From Lama guanicoe (lineage: Eukaryota): a stretch of DNA of 64,000 bases. The notes beneath the pieces are model-generated. The model was given only the letters and a program-made list of their open reading frames with translations, did no database searches and had not been told where the DNA came from. Of this stretch, positions 1-14,277 are shown piece after piece (position 1 is the first letter of the stretch; each line of letters begins with the position of its first letter). The DNA lies in assembly GCA_013239625.1 (NCBI GenBank), contig MU053365.1:622001-686000 (forward strand), given 5' to 3'. The position numbers and the translations under genes were made by a program.

Positions 1-205
1 TCAGCCGAATCTATGAACTAGAGAAAGAGAAACCCACTGCCCAGTAGTGGTCTTGGAGAGCACACACATGCTCAAAACTCAGGGACTCCCCAACACCTCA
101 GGAGCCCACTGTGAGAATCCCACCCCCAAAGTGTCTTTCCATACATAGGAGGACAGGCCTTGGGCAGGACAATTGTCTGCTAGACATCAGTATCTGAAAG
201 GCAGG

Positions 206-575
206 TGTTAATGGGCTGAACTATGTCCCCTCAAAATTCCTACATTGAAGCCCTAACCCCCAATACTTCAGAATGTGACTGTATTTGGAGACAGGGTCTT
301 TAAAGAGAGATTAAGTAAGAACGAAGTCACTAGGGTGGGCCCTAATCCAATATAAGTGGTGTCATCAGAGGAGGAGATGAGGACACAAAGACACATGGTG
401 AGAGACGATGTGAAGGCACGAAGACCGCCATCTACGAGCCAAGGAGAGAAGCCCCAGAAGAAATCAACCCTGCTTAGCCCTTGATCGTGGATTTCTATCT
501 AGCCTTGAGACTGGCAAGAAAATAAATGTCCATTGTTGAAGACCCCGGTCATGGCGGCCTGAGCGGTCTAACGCA
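206..575 (+). mobile_element. MaLR solo LTR, MLT1A/B-like
   Basis: Starts tgttaatgggctgaactatgtcccctcaaaattc, contains gaatgtgactgtatttggagacagggtc and aataaa, ends ctaacgca. Flanked by a near 5-bp TSD gcagg (201-205) / gcaag (576-580). Confidence 0.85.
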
Positions 576-599
576 GCAAGGAGCACCAGAGCCGGGGCT

Positions 600-1270
600 G
601 CGCCCCTACCTAAGTGCTCTGCACTGTGCTAGGGGCTGGGGAGACAATGATAAATAAACGAACCCACACTCCCTGCCCTCGAGGAGTTTACAGGCTATTG
701 GAGGACAAATACATATAAAGAGGCAATCAGAATGGAGTGTGAGACGCACTTCCACTGAAGTCAGGACAGGGTACCCCGAGGATGGAGAAGAGGGGTACCT
801 GGCTTGGGAAGTCTTCCTAGAGAGTGTGAAATGTAAAGTGAGAGCAGGAGGCAGTGGGTGAGGAAGCGCTGTGAGAAGAGGTTGGCCAGTGTAGCAAGGG
901 CCAGGTCAAAGGGATTGCCACATGCTTCACCTATAGCTTCAGGCTACGGGAGGCACTAAAAAATGCAGCCTGGCTGCAAGGTGGAGAAGGCACGGAGGGG
1001 TGGGGCGGGACCAGAGGCAAGAAAACTGGGCGCAGAAATCAGGTGAGATACGATGCTCGCTGGTGTAAGATGATGGCCAAAGGGCTGGAGCTGCAATTCC
1101 AAAGTAAATGAGGAAGGGAGCACTTGATGGTTGGTAGGTGACAGAGCAGGAGGGGGTGAGAGGGAATCTTAGGCACTGCCGGGTTTCTGGGACTGATGGC
1201 AGTGCCACCAACTGTTCAGTGCTGGTTCTGTTGCACACAGGGTGCCTGTGAGAACATCCAAGTCCAGATG
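600..1270 (-). mobile_element. L2 LINE relic, 3' region
   Basis: gcactgtgctaggggctggggagaca...ccctgccctcgaggagtttacagg and the following purine-rich run resemble the reverse complement of the L2 3' end. Confidence 0.65.
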
Positions 1271-2539
1271 TCTAGATGCAGCTGTATATGCGTATCTGAT
1301 GTCTTGTGCATAGCAGGTATTCAGCACAGAGGATGGGGAGGAGGGGAGAGGAGGAGAAAGGCAGAAGGTAATGAGGTTTATCATATGTAAGTCCAAAATC
1401 ATTACCCAGCTGGCTTTCTTTAACAACTTTAAATGTTTAAACGTCACTGTCTATTAAACCCATTGGCACACCTCCCCGCATCCTGGGTTGTGCCACAAAG
1501 GGAAGACATTGTATAGAAAGCAACCAGGAAGTTAGAGACACAAGCCTCTGGTTTCACAGCAGGATCAAGTAGAAGGGAAATCAAAGTCTCTAGATAATGA
1601 GCTCTTACCTAAGTACCAATATCATCTTAAGGAGCAAACTAAATATGTAGAAAACTCTAAATCTCATCAACTAAATGACATTTGAAAATGTGCTTTTCAA
1701 CATTTTTTCCTAGTATGAAAGGCACTACTAAATTTTCTGCTGCTACCAAATCAACACATTGATATGCACCTAATTGACTTTAATTAAAAATAAAGAAACA
1801 AGGCTACCACTATGAGAAAACTTTCAACGTCTGTGATCTCCCTAAGTTATTTTTAAACATCTGACAAAATTCAGACACATCCCAAAATGGACAAAATTAC
1901 AGGCTTTTAAACGAGCTCTTGGCAAGATTTTTTTTTTCCCAAATAGTTGAAACTGAAACCTGATCATTTCTTCTGTTTTTAAGAGATGGAAACCCTGTGA
2001 CGTAGAGATGGTCACTTACTCTCTCCCTGTTCCAAGGAAAATGCCAATACACATTTTATGAAACCAAAACTGATGATTCTGATATCCGAATGAAGTCAGG
2101 AACATTCCCCTGGTCATAAGCCACTGTCTGAGCATTAGACTAAGGTGTCTTTAGAGACCCCATCAACTCTTTAAGCTCCACAGTTTGCTGCGTATTCACT
2201 AAATGCAGACTTGCTTTCTCTTACTTGCCTATCTGTCTACACCCATCTTGTTTTTAAAATCTGTATGTTCGTCAAAGGAGAGGGTTCAATCAGTAGCTAA
2301 CTAATTCATTAATTAACTAATGGTTTCATAGTAAATGCAAAGATAAATTAGGCACAGATCCAGGTCTCCCATGAATGATGATCCAAACAGTATTAGAAGG
2401 AGACCTGCATGAGCCGTAAGTACCCAGGTAGGAGCTTTCGCCAAGTGTTGTGGTGCATTGGACAAAAAGGATTCCGGGGCTGGGAATTCTCCCACGGAAG
2501 AGGAAAAAAATGAACACTTTTTGGAGGTCCCACTGGCAC

Positions 2540-2645
2540 GGGGAGGCAGGTTACACATACTAGGTGTTATTCTCATTCCCAGTGGAAGAAAGTGAGGTTC
2601 CGAGAGGCTGTCTCTTGTCTACAAGTCCCTCAGCTGAGGTCAAAT
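2540..2645 (-). mobile_element. MIR fragment
   Basis: ttattctcattcccagtggaagaaagtgaggttccgagagg resembles the reverse-complemented MIR core. Confidence 0.5.
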
Positions 2646-2779
2646 GCCTATTGCCCTCGTTCATGTCCCCTTTTGCTTTAAAAAGTGTTGCACTCAGAAC
2701 AGTAACTCAAATGGTCAGATGAGCCATACGCTATCAATATTTATTGATTTATTTTTTATTTTTGCCCATATAACAATGT

Positions 2780-2942
2780 TCTTTTTCTCTTTTTAATTGA
2801 AGCATAGTTGATTTACAGTGTTGTGTTAGTTTCTGGTGTACAGCACAGTGATTCAGTTACATATATATAAATTCCTTTTCATACTCTTTTTCCTCATAGG
2901 TTATTACAAGACATTGAATATAGTTCCCTGTGCTGTACAGTA
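2780..2942 (-). mobile_element. L1 3' UTR fragment (cetartiodactyl-type)
   Basis: T-rich tail then ttaattgaagcatagttgatttacagtgttgtgttagtttctggtgtacagc...tagttccctgtgctgtacag; highly similar to the copy at 37316-37524. Confidence 0.85.
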
Positions 2943-5864
2943 TTTAACACAGAGTAGGTGCTCAGTCTCTGCGTGTTGCTGGACTGACCAATTCCAAAGA
3001 AGAGTAAAGAGAAAGGCCCCTGGCTGCTGTGTGCATTTCCGGGAGAGTGTGCAGAACCACTGCTGTAAACTGTGACCTATCGCCCTGTGGGGCCGATTAT
3101 TCATTACACGTAACATAAGATCAATGATTCGCCTCATTCCTCAATTTCGGCATTACTTTAAATATACAGGAAATTGTCAGGAGTTTGTCAGGATAGAAAC
3201 CGTCACAGAAACCTATTATCATTTTTATTAGTAATCCCAGAATCATTTCGATTTTTCTAAAAATCACAGGCTTGAAAACTCCCACTGCTAACATTCTACT
3301 GAATTCCCTGTCAGCAATTTCTGAAACTGAAACAATACATAGGCTTTTGGGCTTCAAATCTCCTGAGAAGCAAATGCAAATATATATATCCACGTGTGAG
3401 TGTGTGTTTCAGAGACAGGGAGGGAGGGAAATAGAGAGGAATGGAGGGTGAGAATGATAGATTTTTGTTTCACTTGGACATATTCTATATCAAAGTTTTA
3501 AGAGTTCACAAAAGAGTTAAATAGAACTGTAATTTTAAAATGAAAGATAAAGTCATATTTTGGTAGGGGGTCTGGGAGGCAGCTATGAAGTAAAAGAGAG
3601 AGAGAGATTTGGCAATTTCGAGCATTAAATTCCAAAACCCTTACATATACATGAACATGAGCTCGGAAATGGCTCACATCTACAGTGGTATTTCCCCAGA
3701 ATTGTTGTTATTCTTTATAAAAAAGAACAGCTATTTGTCCCATGGGACTTTGTTCTCCCATTCTAGAGTCTGGGCCTTTCATTTAGGTATTCATAATTCT
3801 GAATAGCTTATCCAATATTAAAAAAATTCAAACTCATAGGAAAATGAAGTCACCACTTGCGCTAATCAGGAATGAAATCTTAAAATCTCTATGCAGATGC
3901 TTTAGATGAGCCTTCGGCATCCTCCAATAATTTCTGCCATGAGACAGGCATAATTCACCAGGTTGAAAGCATCCTTAGATTTGTTTAAATAATGCAAGAG
4001 GCAACTAGCATGCAAAGGTCATTATTAAATTCCTTTTAGCCACTGGACGGGATGCGTCCATCTCCCCTCCCCCACCCTCCCCCATGGAGTCAGCACCAGG
4101 ACCTGCACTGACCCCGCCCACGACTGTCGCTCAGAGTCAACTGGTTCACATTGGATTTGACTCTAATTTGGGTTTTAACACATTTAATTTTAATTCAAGC
4201 ACCTACAGAAGTGCCTTTGGTCGGAATGTCCAACCTGGAATCCTGTTCTAAGCTATGCTTCTTAAATCAGAAAAGCTTTTTTTTTTCAAGTACACAGTTA
4301 TTTCCACTTAGCCTTTGGAGTCTGCGAACGGCTTTGGTTTCTAAACATGTATAATATAGATAATGCCCACGGAAAACAAGTTCGAACAAACCCAAGGTTA
4401 AAAGGGGGCAACATCAGTCAAAGGGAAGCCACTTCCCATCTGAGTTTATTGTGCGACAGTGTGCAGCTACGATGACCTGGTTCCTACTTCTCCAAATAAT
4501 GACAACTGCATTTCTCAATTTAGCTACTGGGGTGCTCACTCTGGAAACTGATACTTGCTTACTGAAGTACACTTTCAAACTCAGGAGCTCTGCTCTGACA
4601 TTTAGAAAATCAAATGGGTGTGGAGGTGGCCAGGTATATATTTGTTCTCAGTGCCTAAGTGCTATGTTGAGTGGTTATAGGAATTTGTGCTCTGAACAGA
4701 GGGCCCAGGTTAGGAAATCGGATTGTGCCTCATTAATACCGTACTTACAGGGGATCCCTTGATCAAGCAAATCTGCTCTATCACCTTCTAAAAATGTTTT
4801 GCAGAAATGTGTTACATTTCTCAGCAAACACTGTTTGGGCTCACATATGACATTGAAGCTAAACGTACAAATTTAAAGGCCAACCAAAAGCTTCCTTCAA
4901 AATCAAAACTATTGGACATGGCAGAATTCAAAGAAGCCAGAATTCTAAGGGCTGACTCTAGCCAATTCGAAAGCTTTCTGATTAATCAGGACCAACTACA
5001 TTCATTAATTATTTTAGAACAATAATGATCCTACTCATTAAAAATAGCCTCCATCGATTCCTCTCCAATGATGATACTTCTACATTTTTTAATGCCTTTC
5101 AGATCCAGACTGTACATTAGCCTGTCTTCATTTAAAATGTTTGCACAGGCTTTCACACAGGGTAACTTCTGGGCAACTAGGTACGGGTGAAACTAATGTA
5201 TGTCAGGCACAAATTCATTTTAATGATGAAAAGTCAAACAGAAAGCAAGTTTCTCTTGGGCAATGTTGCCTCAAAGAAAGAAGTGTCCTAAATAGTTCCC
5301 CCAGTCTTAAAAGCCAGCAAACATCAGGGATCCCAGAAAAGTGGTCTTCTGAGAGGCAGCAAGCCGACTAAAAGGCTCTCACCACTCGGAAGCACTCAAG
5401 TGGCAACCTTGACCAGGAACAGGCAAAGCATTCGGGGCTGGTATTTCAGCAAGACAGCGGTGGAGCGGCATGAAGGATAGCCAGGTTTGGAAGGCTTCCA
5501 AACAAGATCTGCAGTTACAACTTATCAAAGAAGAGGGGAGAAATAGGCCCTCAGTACAAACTCTATGCTTAAAAAGATAAAGTATGAGCAAAATTAACAA
5601 AGCAGTAATCCTGCGCCACTCCAGACCCCCCCCATCCATAAGAAAGTAAAATCAAAAAGGATAATTCCACATGGGCAACTCTTGAAGTTCATAAACATCC
5701 ACAGTTAGAGCTCAATATATGGTATTTTTAACCTTAAATGGCAATCCATTCAGTTATAGGGTCCTGGGTAGACTGCCACATTCCTGCTTACAACCATGGT
5801 GATTGAGAAGAACCTGTAGGTCATTCCGCCTGGACGCATCAAAAGCTCTGGGAAGCGCTCATCT

Positions 5865-6070
5865 TGCATGCACAATGCACTTGACAGTTTACACAGAACT
5901 TAAACATCCATAACCTTAAGTCTATTTTCATCCATCCTTTTAAGGAAAGTAAAGCAGGGATTACTTGTCCCTCTGCTAGGGCTGAGAAATATCTGACGCA
6001 GAGAATCGATGCGGCTTGCTCCTAGTGCGTATAACCAACGTAAGACCCAAAGCCACAACTTAGATCAGCT
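5865..6070 (-). mobile_element. MIR relic
   Basis: gcacttgacagtttacacagaac...gcagggattacttgtcc...tgagaaatatctgacgcagaga; degenerate MIR pattern. Confidence 0.45.
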
Positions 6071-6540
6071 GGATGATGGTCCAGTCCTCCTCTGATCTCT
6101 CCAGTCAGTTCACCTCGGGCAAGGGTTTGGTGTGGCAAAACACACACTGACTGTCATTCCTGATCCTCCAGAACTACTGTCCTTCCAATGATAATAACAG
6201 AAACGAAAACAGTAATGTCTACCATTTCCTGAGCACCACAATTCTCCAGTGTCCTTCACCAAAGACCTGAGGTCTAGGAATTACTACCTATCCAAATCGT
6301 CAACTTTTTAGAATTTCTCATTACAAAACAAAAACAAAAACACCCAAATAATACAGGTGAGGATCATTCAATGTAAGTTTTTGATGAAAAACTACAGTGT
6401 TAACTATTACAAACTGAATCACAAGGATCCTGTTTTGAAAAAGAGTTTCCTTTTTCATGGAAGCAAATAAGCAAGCCTTGATCTCTTAGGAAGACTCTAA
6501 TCTTGCTGGCTCACTAGGCTTGCTTGAAATGCCCACTATC

Positions 6541-6615
6541 CTCCATCCTTTCATCCATCCATCCACCCACCCATCCACCAACCACTTGTCCCACTTGTCC
6601 ACCCATCCACCCAGT
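6541..6615 (+). repeat. (TCCA)n/(CCCA)n low-complexity repeat with a 9-bp tandem duplication (ccacttgtc)x2
   Basis: Read directly from the sequence. Confidence 0.75.
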
Positions 6616-7446
6616 CACCAACATACACGTATGAAATACCTACTTGGTGTCTAGTCTCGGACAAGGCCCCATCACTCTTCTCTAGTGCTTGCATTTTACA
6701 TCCTTCTCAGGAGCAGGCTGGTCTAGCAGTCCTTTCTTTCTCATGTAACCTGTGAGACTCAGATTCGCATGACACTTGGCTGTGGCCCATGGTGGCAGGG
6801 GGCCCTTGGCACTTCCATTCAAAGGATTGTAGATGTCAGGAACAAGCTTAGCCCACGTGGTATGTGTGCTAAAAGGACTTTCAAATAATTACTTATTTTA
6901 TTTTGGACAAAATAACTGTAAAGCAATGAAAAGCCAAATGGAAGGGCTTTTGTTTGTGTAATGAGTATTTATTCCACCAGTTTTCTTAAAATTAGGATTA
7001 CAGATGTTTAAGCCCTGCAATCAAAACGTTCGCAGTATACAAAGCCAACTTGAGTCACCTGTACGATGACCAGCTGGGTGACTTTTGATTTTAAACCCAA
7101 CCACCCATCGCCACTCTCCTTTTATTCCTTCACTAAATATGTTTGTAAAGCTACAGAATAAGTTTGTACAACAACTACAGTATGCATTTGTCACCTGCTG
7201 CTTTTGTTCTGTTGTTATGTATGCTTTTGCGTGTATATGTGTATACATTTGTGTTTGTGGGTGTCAGTGTGTGTGAGTGTGGATGCTCCGACCAAAATCT
7301 TGAGGCACCGATCAGTGCATCAAAACAAACCACAGGAAATACATGAGGATGGTTGCAGGTGTATCTGAGGCATCCGAAAGCACGAATCCCTCGGGAGGAG
7401 AGGGAGAAACAATGAGACCACAAAACCCCATTTTAACATTATGTTG

Positions 7447-7448
<2 letters not shown>

Positions 7449-7476
<28 letters not shown>
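7449..7476 (+). repeat. (CA)14 microsatellite
   Basis: Read directly from the sequence. Confidence 0.95.
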
Positions 7477-7479
<3 letters not shown>

Positions 7480-7774
7480 TTCAGCATACAATGTGCAACA
7501 TCCAAATAGAACATTAGGCTCCTTTTTAAATTTGCTTATTATCCTAGGAAACCAGCGTGGGATTATATTTCTCAGTTAATTTTGCCCCAGATGCTCATTC
7601 TCTTTTACATACTGGGGATATACTACTACATATACTACTTTTAAAACACAAGTTGTTTGTTGATTGGTGGGAACAGAAAGAGGAAAGACAGTGCTCGATA
7701 AAATAACCTAGCCTAGCACCGACCACCCTGCTCCCAGGGAGACATACACAGCCACGCGGGACTGGGAAAAGCAG

Positions 7775-7995
7775 TAGGTGCCTGGCGCCTGGCAATGCAA
7801 TCGTGTGACTTCTGTTAACTCATCTCATGCCTCAGTACGAGGCAGTAGAGATTATTGTCCTTGTTTTACAGATGAGGAAACTGACACTCTGAGGACTTGA
7901 GAAACTTGCCTAAATCACACAGCTAGAGGTGATGGAGCTGCATTTCAAATACAGCTCCACCCTGCACCCCTTTCCAAAGCCATTTTTTCCCCACT
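7775..7995 (-). mobile_element. MIR SINE
   Basis: ttttacagatgaggaaactgacactctgagg...acttgcctaaatcacacagctag is the MIR core reverse complement. Confidence 0.85.
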
Positions 7996-8249
7996 ATGCC
8001 AAATTTCTCACTTTCCCTGGAGGGTCCATAGATTGTTCTCAGGAAACCTAAGCAACTGTATACAAAATTGTTTGGGTACATCCACTTGCACAGGTTTCTG
8101 GGGAGAGGAGCTAGAGATTTCAATAGCTTCTCAAAAAGAACTAAGGCCACAACAGACAATGAACTACTATGATTTCATCCTCGTGCTCCTTGGGACCTGG
8201 TGCAGACAGCACTACTTCCCGAGGTCTGCCCGCCAGCACGCACCTCTCC

Positions 8250-8450
8250 CCGCTCTGACCTCCCTCCCATAGCACTCTGTGTGTGCCAGCAGCTCGGATA
8301 TTTTACCTTGCTTTGCTGTTATTTGAATACATGTCTCAGTTGCCTTGCTAGAAGTTACACTTCTTGAATGCAGGGCACAATTTTGTCCAGCTTTGTCTCT
8401 CTCAAAGCCCCAGCAGAGTACTCTGTACATAAGGGTTGACTGACAAAGGT
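8250..8450 (+). mobile_element. L2 3' end relic
   Basis: cccatagcactctg...cttcttgaatgcagggcac...ccccagcagagtactctgtacata resembles the L2 3' terminus. Confidence 0.5.
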
Positions 8451-11400
8451 CCAATGAGATTGATTTAGTGACTGGTTGTTACTTCTCAGAACTGTTCTTA
8501 CTTCTCTTCTTGGTCTTTGATCATCTAATTCTTCTTGCCCAGAAGCCTCACCTCCCCAAGTCCTACCCTTCTTTGCTGGCAAGTCTCAGGGCCTTTGTCT
8601 TCAAGAAAGACCTGCACATAAAATACACTTACATTTGTTATCTTGTTATAACACAACTGAATATACACGTTCTTGTGATTATTGTCTAATTGCCTCAGGC
8701 ACGCTATGGACTCTTCAGTTCTTCAGGGGATTCATTAACTTATTCAGCACATGTTTAATGAGCACCTACTCTCTGCCAAGAACTCTGTCTGGAATTGGCA
8801 AACATCCAGTCATCTCTTCTTCTAACATCTTCAGGCCCCTGATAAAGACTGAAACTACATTATGCATGTAGATGTGCTCAATACATAATAAATGAATGAA
8901 TAACTATCAACCTTACCTTGAGATTGCTTTTGTTCTCCATAACAGCTCAGAACAAGCTTGTTTTATTCCTTCCATCTTCAGAAACATTGATTTTCTCTGA
9001 AACTAGTATGCTTATTCAGAATTATAGGGTTTATTAAGCTTAAAAACTACTTTCTAATTAATTTATCTAGTTAAGAAAGTAATCACCTTCCTATTTATAT
9101 TTGAAATCAAGAGTCATGTTAATGGCACTGAGAATCTTCAAATAAGTTGAAGTAATTGCCTCCTTGCCTTGTGAATGGAGGTGTCAAGGCTTATAATTCA
9201 GTGACCTACAACCCTGGGATTTTACATACCTTGGGGGGGGCAGGGATAATAATGGAAACTTATTTAAAGGAGAATCGGAATAAGAGAAAGCAGTGTGGGC
9301 TGTTCTAACTGAAATGTGTTTAGATTGGCAAGGTCAATGGGTACTGGAGCTTCTACTTGGCATCACTAATGTCTTAGCCATCCAGGATGTTATGCAACCA
9401 ATTGAAAAACCAAAGCCATTCATCTGGGACGTAATTCTGTCAGTGGCCTTCCGTTTCTCAAGATTCTTCTTTTTCAAATACTGCATACATGAATAATTAA
9501 AGAGGCAACTGAAAATAAATATTAAGAGTTTTCCTAAACCATGTTCTCAAGGCATTTTTATCCCATTTAAAATTTAAAGGTAATTATATTGCCAACTGCC
9601 AAGAAAGTTAACACTAATTATTGGAATAAATAATGCTGTACAGATTAAATAGAAATGCAAAGACAAAAATGCCTAATGGTGTATTCAAAGCGGGAAGCCC
9701 AACACTGTCATTTCTAGCTCTAAGTGCTATATCCTCTTGATTTATGAAGATGCCATTTTTAAACTTCTCTTAGTGAAGCGTCTTTTTCCCTCTACCACTT
9801 TGATGTTACTATCAGATTGCCATTAAAAAAATAACAGTCATCTTTTCTCAGCAGTGCTCAAGTAGAGTTTTTGTGTGTTTTATTATACGGCTTTTATGTG
9901 TATATTGTTATATGGTTTGGAAAGAAATATATTTATGTCTACCTATGTAGATCACATTCTGAATGATGTGGCAATTAAAATCCACAAACTAAATCTAGTA
10001 TTTCATTGGTAATGTATTCCCAACCCAATATGTACTTTAACATTCTAAAGCACTGCTATATAACACATGCCAATTTTTGACAGCGATCTTGACTAATTCT
10101 ATTTGAGCTGAACCAGTGAGGAAGCAAACGCAGAGCGTGCCTTTTTTGGTTTTGCCTGTGTAGGAAGCATTGGCATTCAATCGTTCAATCTTCTCAAGCT
10201 CTAAAGGCTAATTTCTGGAAGATTCAGGAATATACTACGGCTGCCATTGCATTTCTTTTCCTCCCAGAAGGTGAAGTGAACGTATCTATGTGCTATGGAT
10301 GCCGCTTCCTTCATAGGTCAAAGTACGGAAGCCAGATACTGTTCCTTCCCGTGGCTAATGTATTTGCTGGAGTGTCCCAACTACGGGATTTTTATCTGCA
10401 TCTCTGAGTTGTGGAAAGTGGCCAAGGTTCATGTTGTACCTGATTATTTTTGATGCAAGCGCTCTCACATGAAGGTTTCACCTGTGACTTTTAAGGACTT
10501 TCCCATTCCTGAGTGAGAAGTGTGCAGCCTAATAGCCAACAAATGCATTTCTATTAAACCAGCTGGACCTGTGGGCTTTGCAGACTCCTTCCAGCATCAA
10601 GAATCTCTAATTCTATAAACGGCACCACTGTTCTTCAAGATGCTGATTGCTTTGTTCTTTTAACTTAATGTACAGGGTTACGAGTCTAGAGTTCAAGGCT
10701 CAGCTCTGGATCTGGTTGTGGTGAGGCCTTTGGTCAGACCTCCTGGCACCCAGCCTCTCCATTCCTGACTGCAAAAGTGAGCCTCTCAGCACCCCATATC
10801 TCCGTGTTTCAAATGATTTCAAAATAAGAAAGTATAATAGAAGTTACAGAAAGAATTTCAAACAGTTGAGAACAGAACAGGAGTGGGTAAGTAAAATAAG
10901 ATAAATATATTATGATTAATTCTTCTATACTTGAAAAACATACTTTTAATCCTAGTAACCACTGAGTGCAAAAAGGCTGTAAATTCAATTCTAGTCCTTG
11001 CTCTGCCTCCACATCAGAAATTCATGACCTTAACTGAAAGGCAATGAACATGTCCACCAAATAAAGGCAAGGAAGAGGAGCTGAACAGTTTTTGAAGTAA
11101 CAATTTATATGATGGTCATTTGTAATAACCCTACACCAAGTCTACCAAAATCAAAAGATGTACTTTCTCACTAAAGATTCTATCTTGGGGCAGGGGTTGG
11201 GAGGAGGACAGGATGGACTGGAAAGTTAATCCCAACTCTTCACTGTAAGCACAGCTTGAGTCTAAAGGAAAAGGAAGATCAGGAAAGTCCATGGCAAAGT
11301 CCACAGCTATCACTACAAGAGAAATGCAACTGGTAATGTGTCCATTTGGCTTCCCAAAATTATAAAATACAAAACATAATGTAATATAGTCCGTAACCCA

Positions 11401-11739
11401 TAGGAAATTGTCACTTCTACTTTGATGATTTCTAAGAAAGTATTCAGCATCTTTTCCCATGTTCTCTCAAGTACTAATAAAATCTTTGAGTTAAGATATT
11501 AATTTTTAAGTAGTGAATTGAAAAAGGCCATTTATAGGAAACAAATTCTTCATTGGAGCATAAGAAAATAATCATGATTTTTCATAGAAAGCTTTGCACA
11601 AAAAGCACTGTGCAAACATTAATCAAATATCATGACATTCAAAGCCTAGAATATCATGACAGCATGACAATAAAAGAGATAAAAGAAGAAACTTGTCTGC
11701 TTTGTGAAGTCTTAGGTGTCAAAGAAAAGAATCTTGGGT

Positions 11740-12595
11740 AATGGCATCACCATCCATTGGTTGCCCAAGCTAGAAACCTCAGGGTTCTTAGACTGTGTTT
11801 GGGAAGTTAGGAAGGGAGGATGGCTGGGGAGATCAGGGTCTTGGTGTCAAAATTTTAGATCCTCTCCGTGGGCTTCCTCTCATGGCCCATCTCATCAATC
11901 ACAGAATCTCATCAAATCCACCTCAAAAATCTATCTCAAAATCGGCCCCAATTCAAATTGCTAGCATTTCTAGCCTGGAATATTTCAACAGCCTGCTCAG
12001 TGCTCTCTCTGCCTTAAACCTCACCAGCCCCATCACACAAGCTCCCTTTCCCCCACTCCCCTGCCAATCCCTCCTCCGACATGACTTTTCTAAAACATCA
12101 TCTGCTATACTTAATAGCATCCAAAGTCTCCTCATCACCTAGAGCTGACACCAAGACCCTGATCTTACCAACCACTTCCCCCTCCTAACTCTCCAAACAC
12201 AGCTGACTCTTTCATGTCTCATGAATCCCAAGGGTCATCAGGCCCACATACAATTTGATGTGGGTTTACATTGTAGGACATGACCATACTGCCACTTTTT
12301 CACCAGGAAAACTCCCAATCACTCTTCAAGAGCTAGTATACAAGTTACTACCACCTTCAAGAAGCTTTCCCAAACATTTCAGACACTCCTAGTCATCCTC
12401 TCTGCTCCCATAGAATACTGAACAACCATCTATTAGTATTTCACTGTGATTTTCTGTTTTTGTGTCCATATCCCCTGACTTAAGCTACTTAAGATGTCAA
12501 CATGTCTTCATCATCTCAGTCTTCTAGCTCCTAGCACAGTGGCTGGCACACAATGAGTGCTCAATAAAAATTTGTTGAATGAGTAAATCAAATCA
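11740..12595 (+). mobile_element. L2 LINE relic with 3' terminus
   Basis: ggcatcaccatccattggttgcccaagctagaaacct...; ends ctagcacagtggctggcacacaatgagtgctcaataaaaatttgttgaatgagt, the canonical L2 tail. Confidence 0.8.
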
Positions 12596-14277
12596 ACCAA
12601 TAAAAGAAGATGTGGGGTCTTACAGGCATTCTCTTCTAATGGCTCTTTCCAACAATGTATATGATAATATTTTCAGATTTAAATCATCCCAATTCATAAT
12701 ATCAGACTCAATGTGAACAACTCATAATGTTATGCTGTTGTTTATATCTTTGTCCTTGGATCAAATGCTGCACTTAAATATCCAACAAATCCATTTGCTT
12801 TTCTTTTAGGTGGATCGCGGATTCAGAATTAACTCTCTGATCTGGGTCCTTTTTACCCATCAACCTTGCCTGGGAAGGGATATTAGGTCTTCCCACATTC
12901 CCAAGGATCTGAAGGCTGTATGTGTTTAAGTAAATAGAGTAGAGCTGCAGAGAGAGAGTTTGGGTGTCTTAATATAAAGGAGAGACTACTTGGTGGGACT
13001 CCACTCAGGGTGAGCATCCTGGTCTACAAAGGAGATGCTTACAGGGAGAGGAAGGTCAAAGGACAGGTTTGCTCTAAAGCCGGGGTCATCTCCTTAACCA
13101 GCTTCAGGAGTCATCATCACATGGTAGTCGATGTGAATGGTGACCTCTGAAACTACAAGTTGGCAGCGCCTTCTCCCATCACCAATCTAGCTAATGAAAC
13201 TGCAACACAGTGGTAATATTCTTCACTGGTACATACTTTAAACAGTGAGCTTTCATGATACTCTTACATCACAGGAAGGATGGTCCTTGAAATTCCACCA
13301 ACTTCAAAGGCTTTACACAGCCCATATCATCTATATGACAGCCTTTTTTACATCAACCTATGCATCTTAGCTTATTGAAGCTTTAGCTCCACCTCATCTC
13401 ACCTTTAAAACCTTAACAAAATAGATCTTTTCTCCTATCACTCCTTCATTCTGAGTCACCTCAGAACCTAGACACTGCCCTGGAGGCTGGGCAAAAACTT
13501 CATGAGATACCAAGAAAGCCATCATTCTCTAGCCTGCTCTTCCCAGAAGTCCACTGGCTTTCTCAGGTTCCCCCAGAGAGACACGTGGACAATGGTACGT
13601 GCATATGCACACACACATACACACTCTACACACCAGCTATGAAGCACCTATAGGGGCTCCCACAAATCTTTCACCCCATTAAACCCAAAGTCTCAGGCTG
13701 CACAAGAGAACCTGCTACTTCTAGAATCATAGAAATCCCTTCCACCCCACACCCAACTCAAATATTTACTTTAGTCCTCCCAATCCATAAGGGATTTCAG
13801 AATCCTAACTGGGTTTAGACTAGGTTCTTTCCCTTAGATCAAGTTATAGGACAGGCTTCCTTTTAGTCGTTACCTCTGAAGTTATCTCTGCATCCTATGA
13901 CTCTGAGCCCAGACCAGTCATGCAAATGGTCCCCTGTCCTGGGAGCTCAAGCATTCCAATTCTAAGAAAGCAAAAGACAAAAGGACCTTCACCCCATGAG
14001 TCACTAAAGAAAGAGAACCCTCCTGAACGGAGATGTGATTTGTGGTGTGAAGATTATTTCTAATCCTGGGTACAAAGCCTTCTTACCCATCTGCCTGTAG
14101 GCCTGGGGGAGGCTCTACCCTCACTAGAGACACCTCTCCTGACTCTAGGATTCTGCTCTCTACAAGTTGCAAGGCTGGCCTTCTTCCCCTCTCTACTCAA
14201 AGCCATCTTCCTACTGATGACAGGTAGAGCAAGCCAATGTTTTTTTTGGCTGGCTGAAGCTTTGTCTAGATCTAGCC

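Noticed and set aside
4089..4108. REST/RE1-like tcagcaccaggacctg
   Set aside because: Half-site spacing is one base short and the right half deviates from GGACAG.
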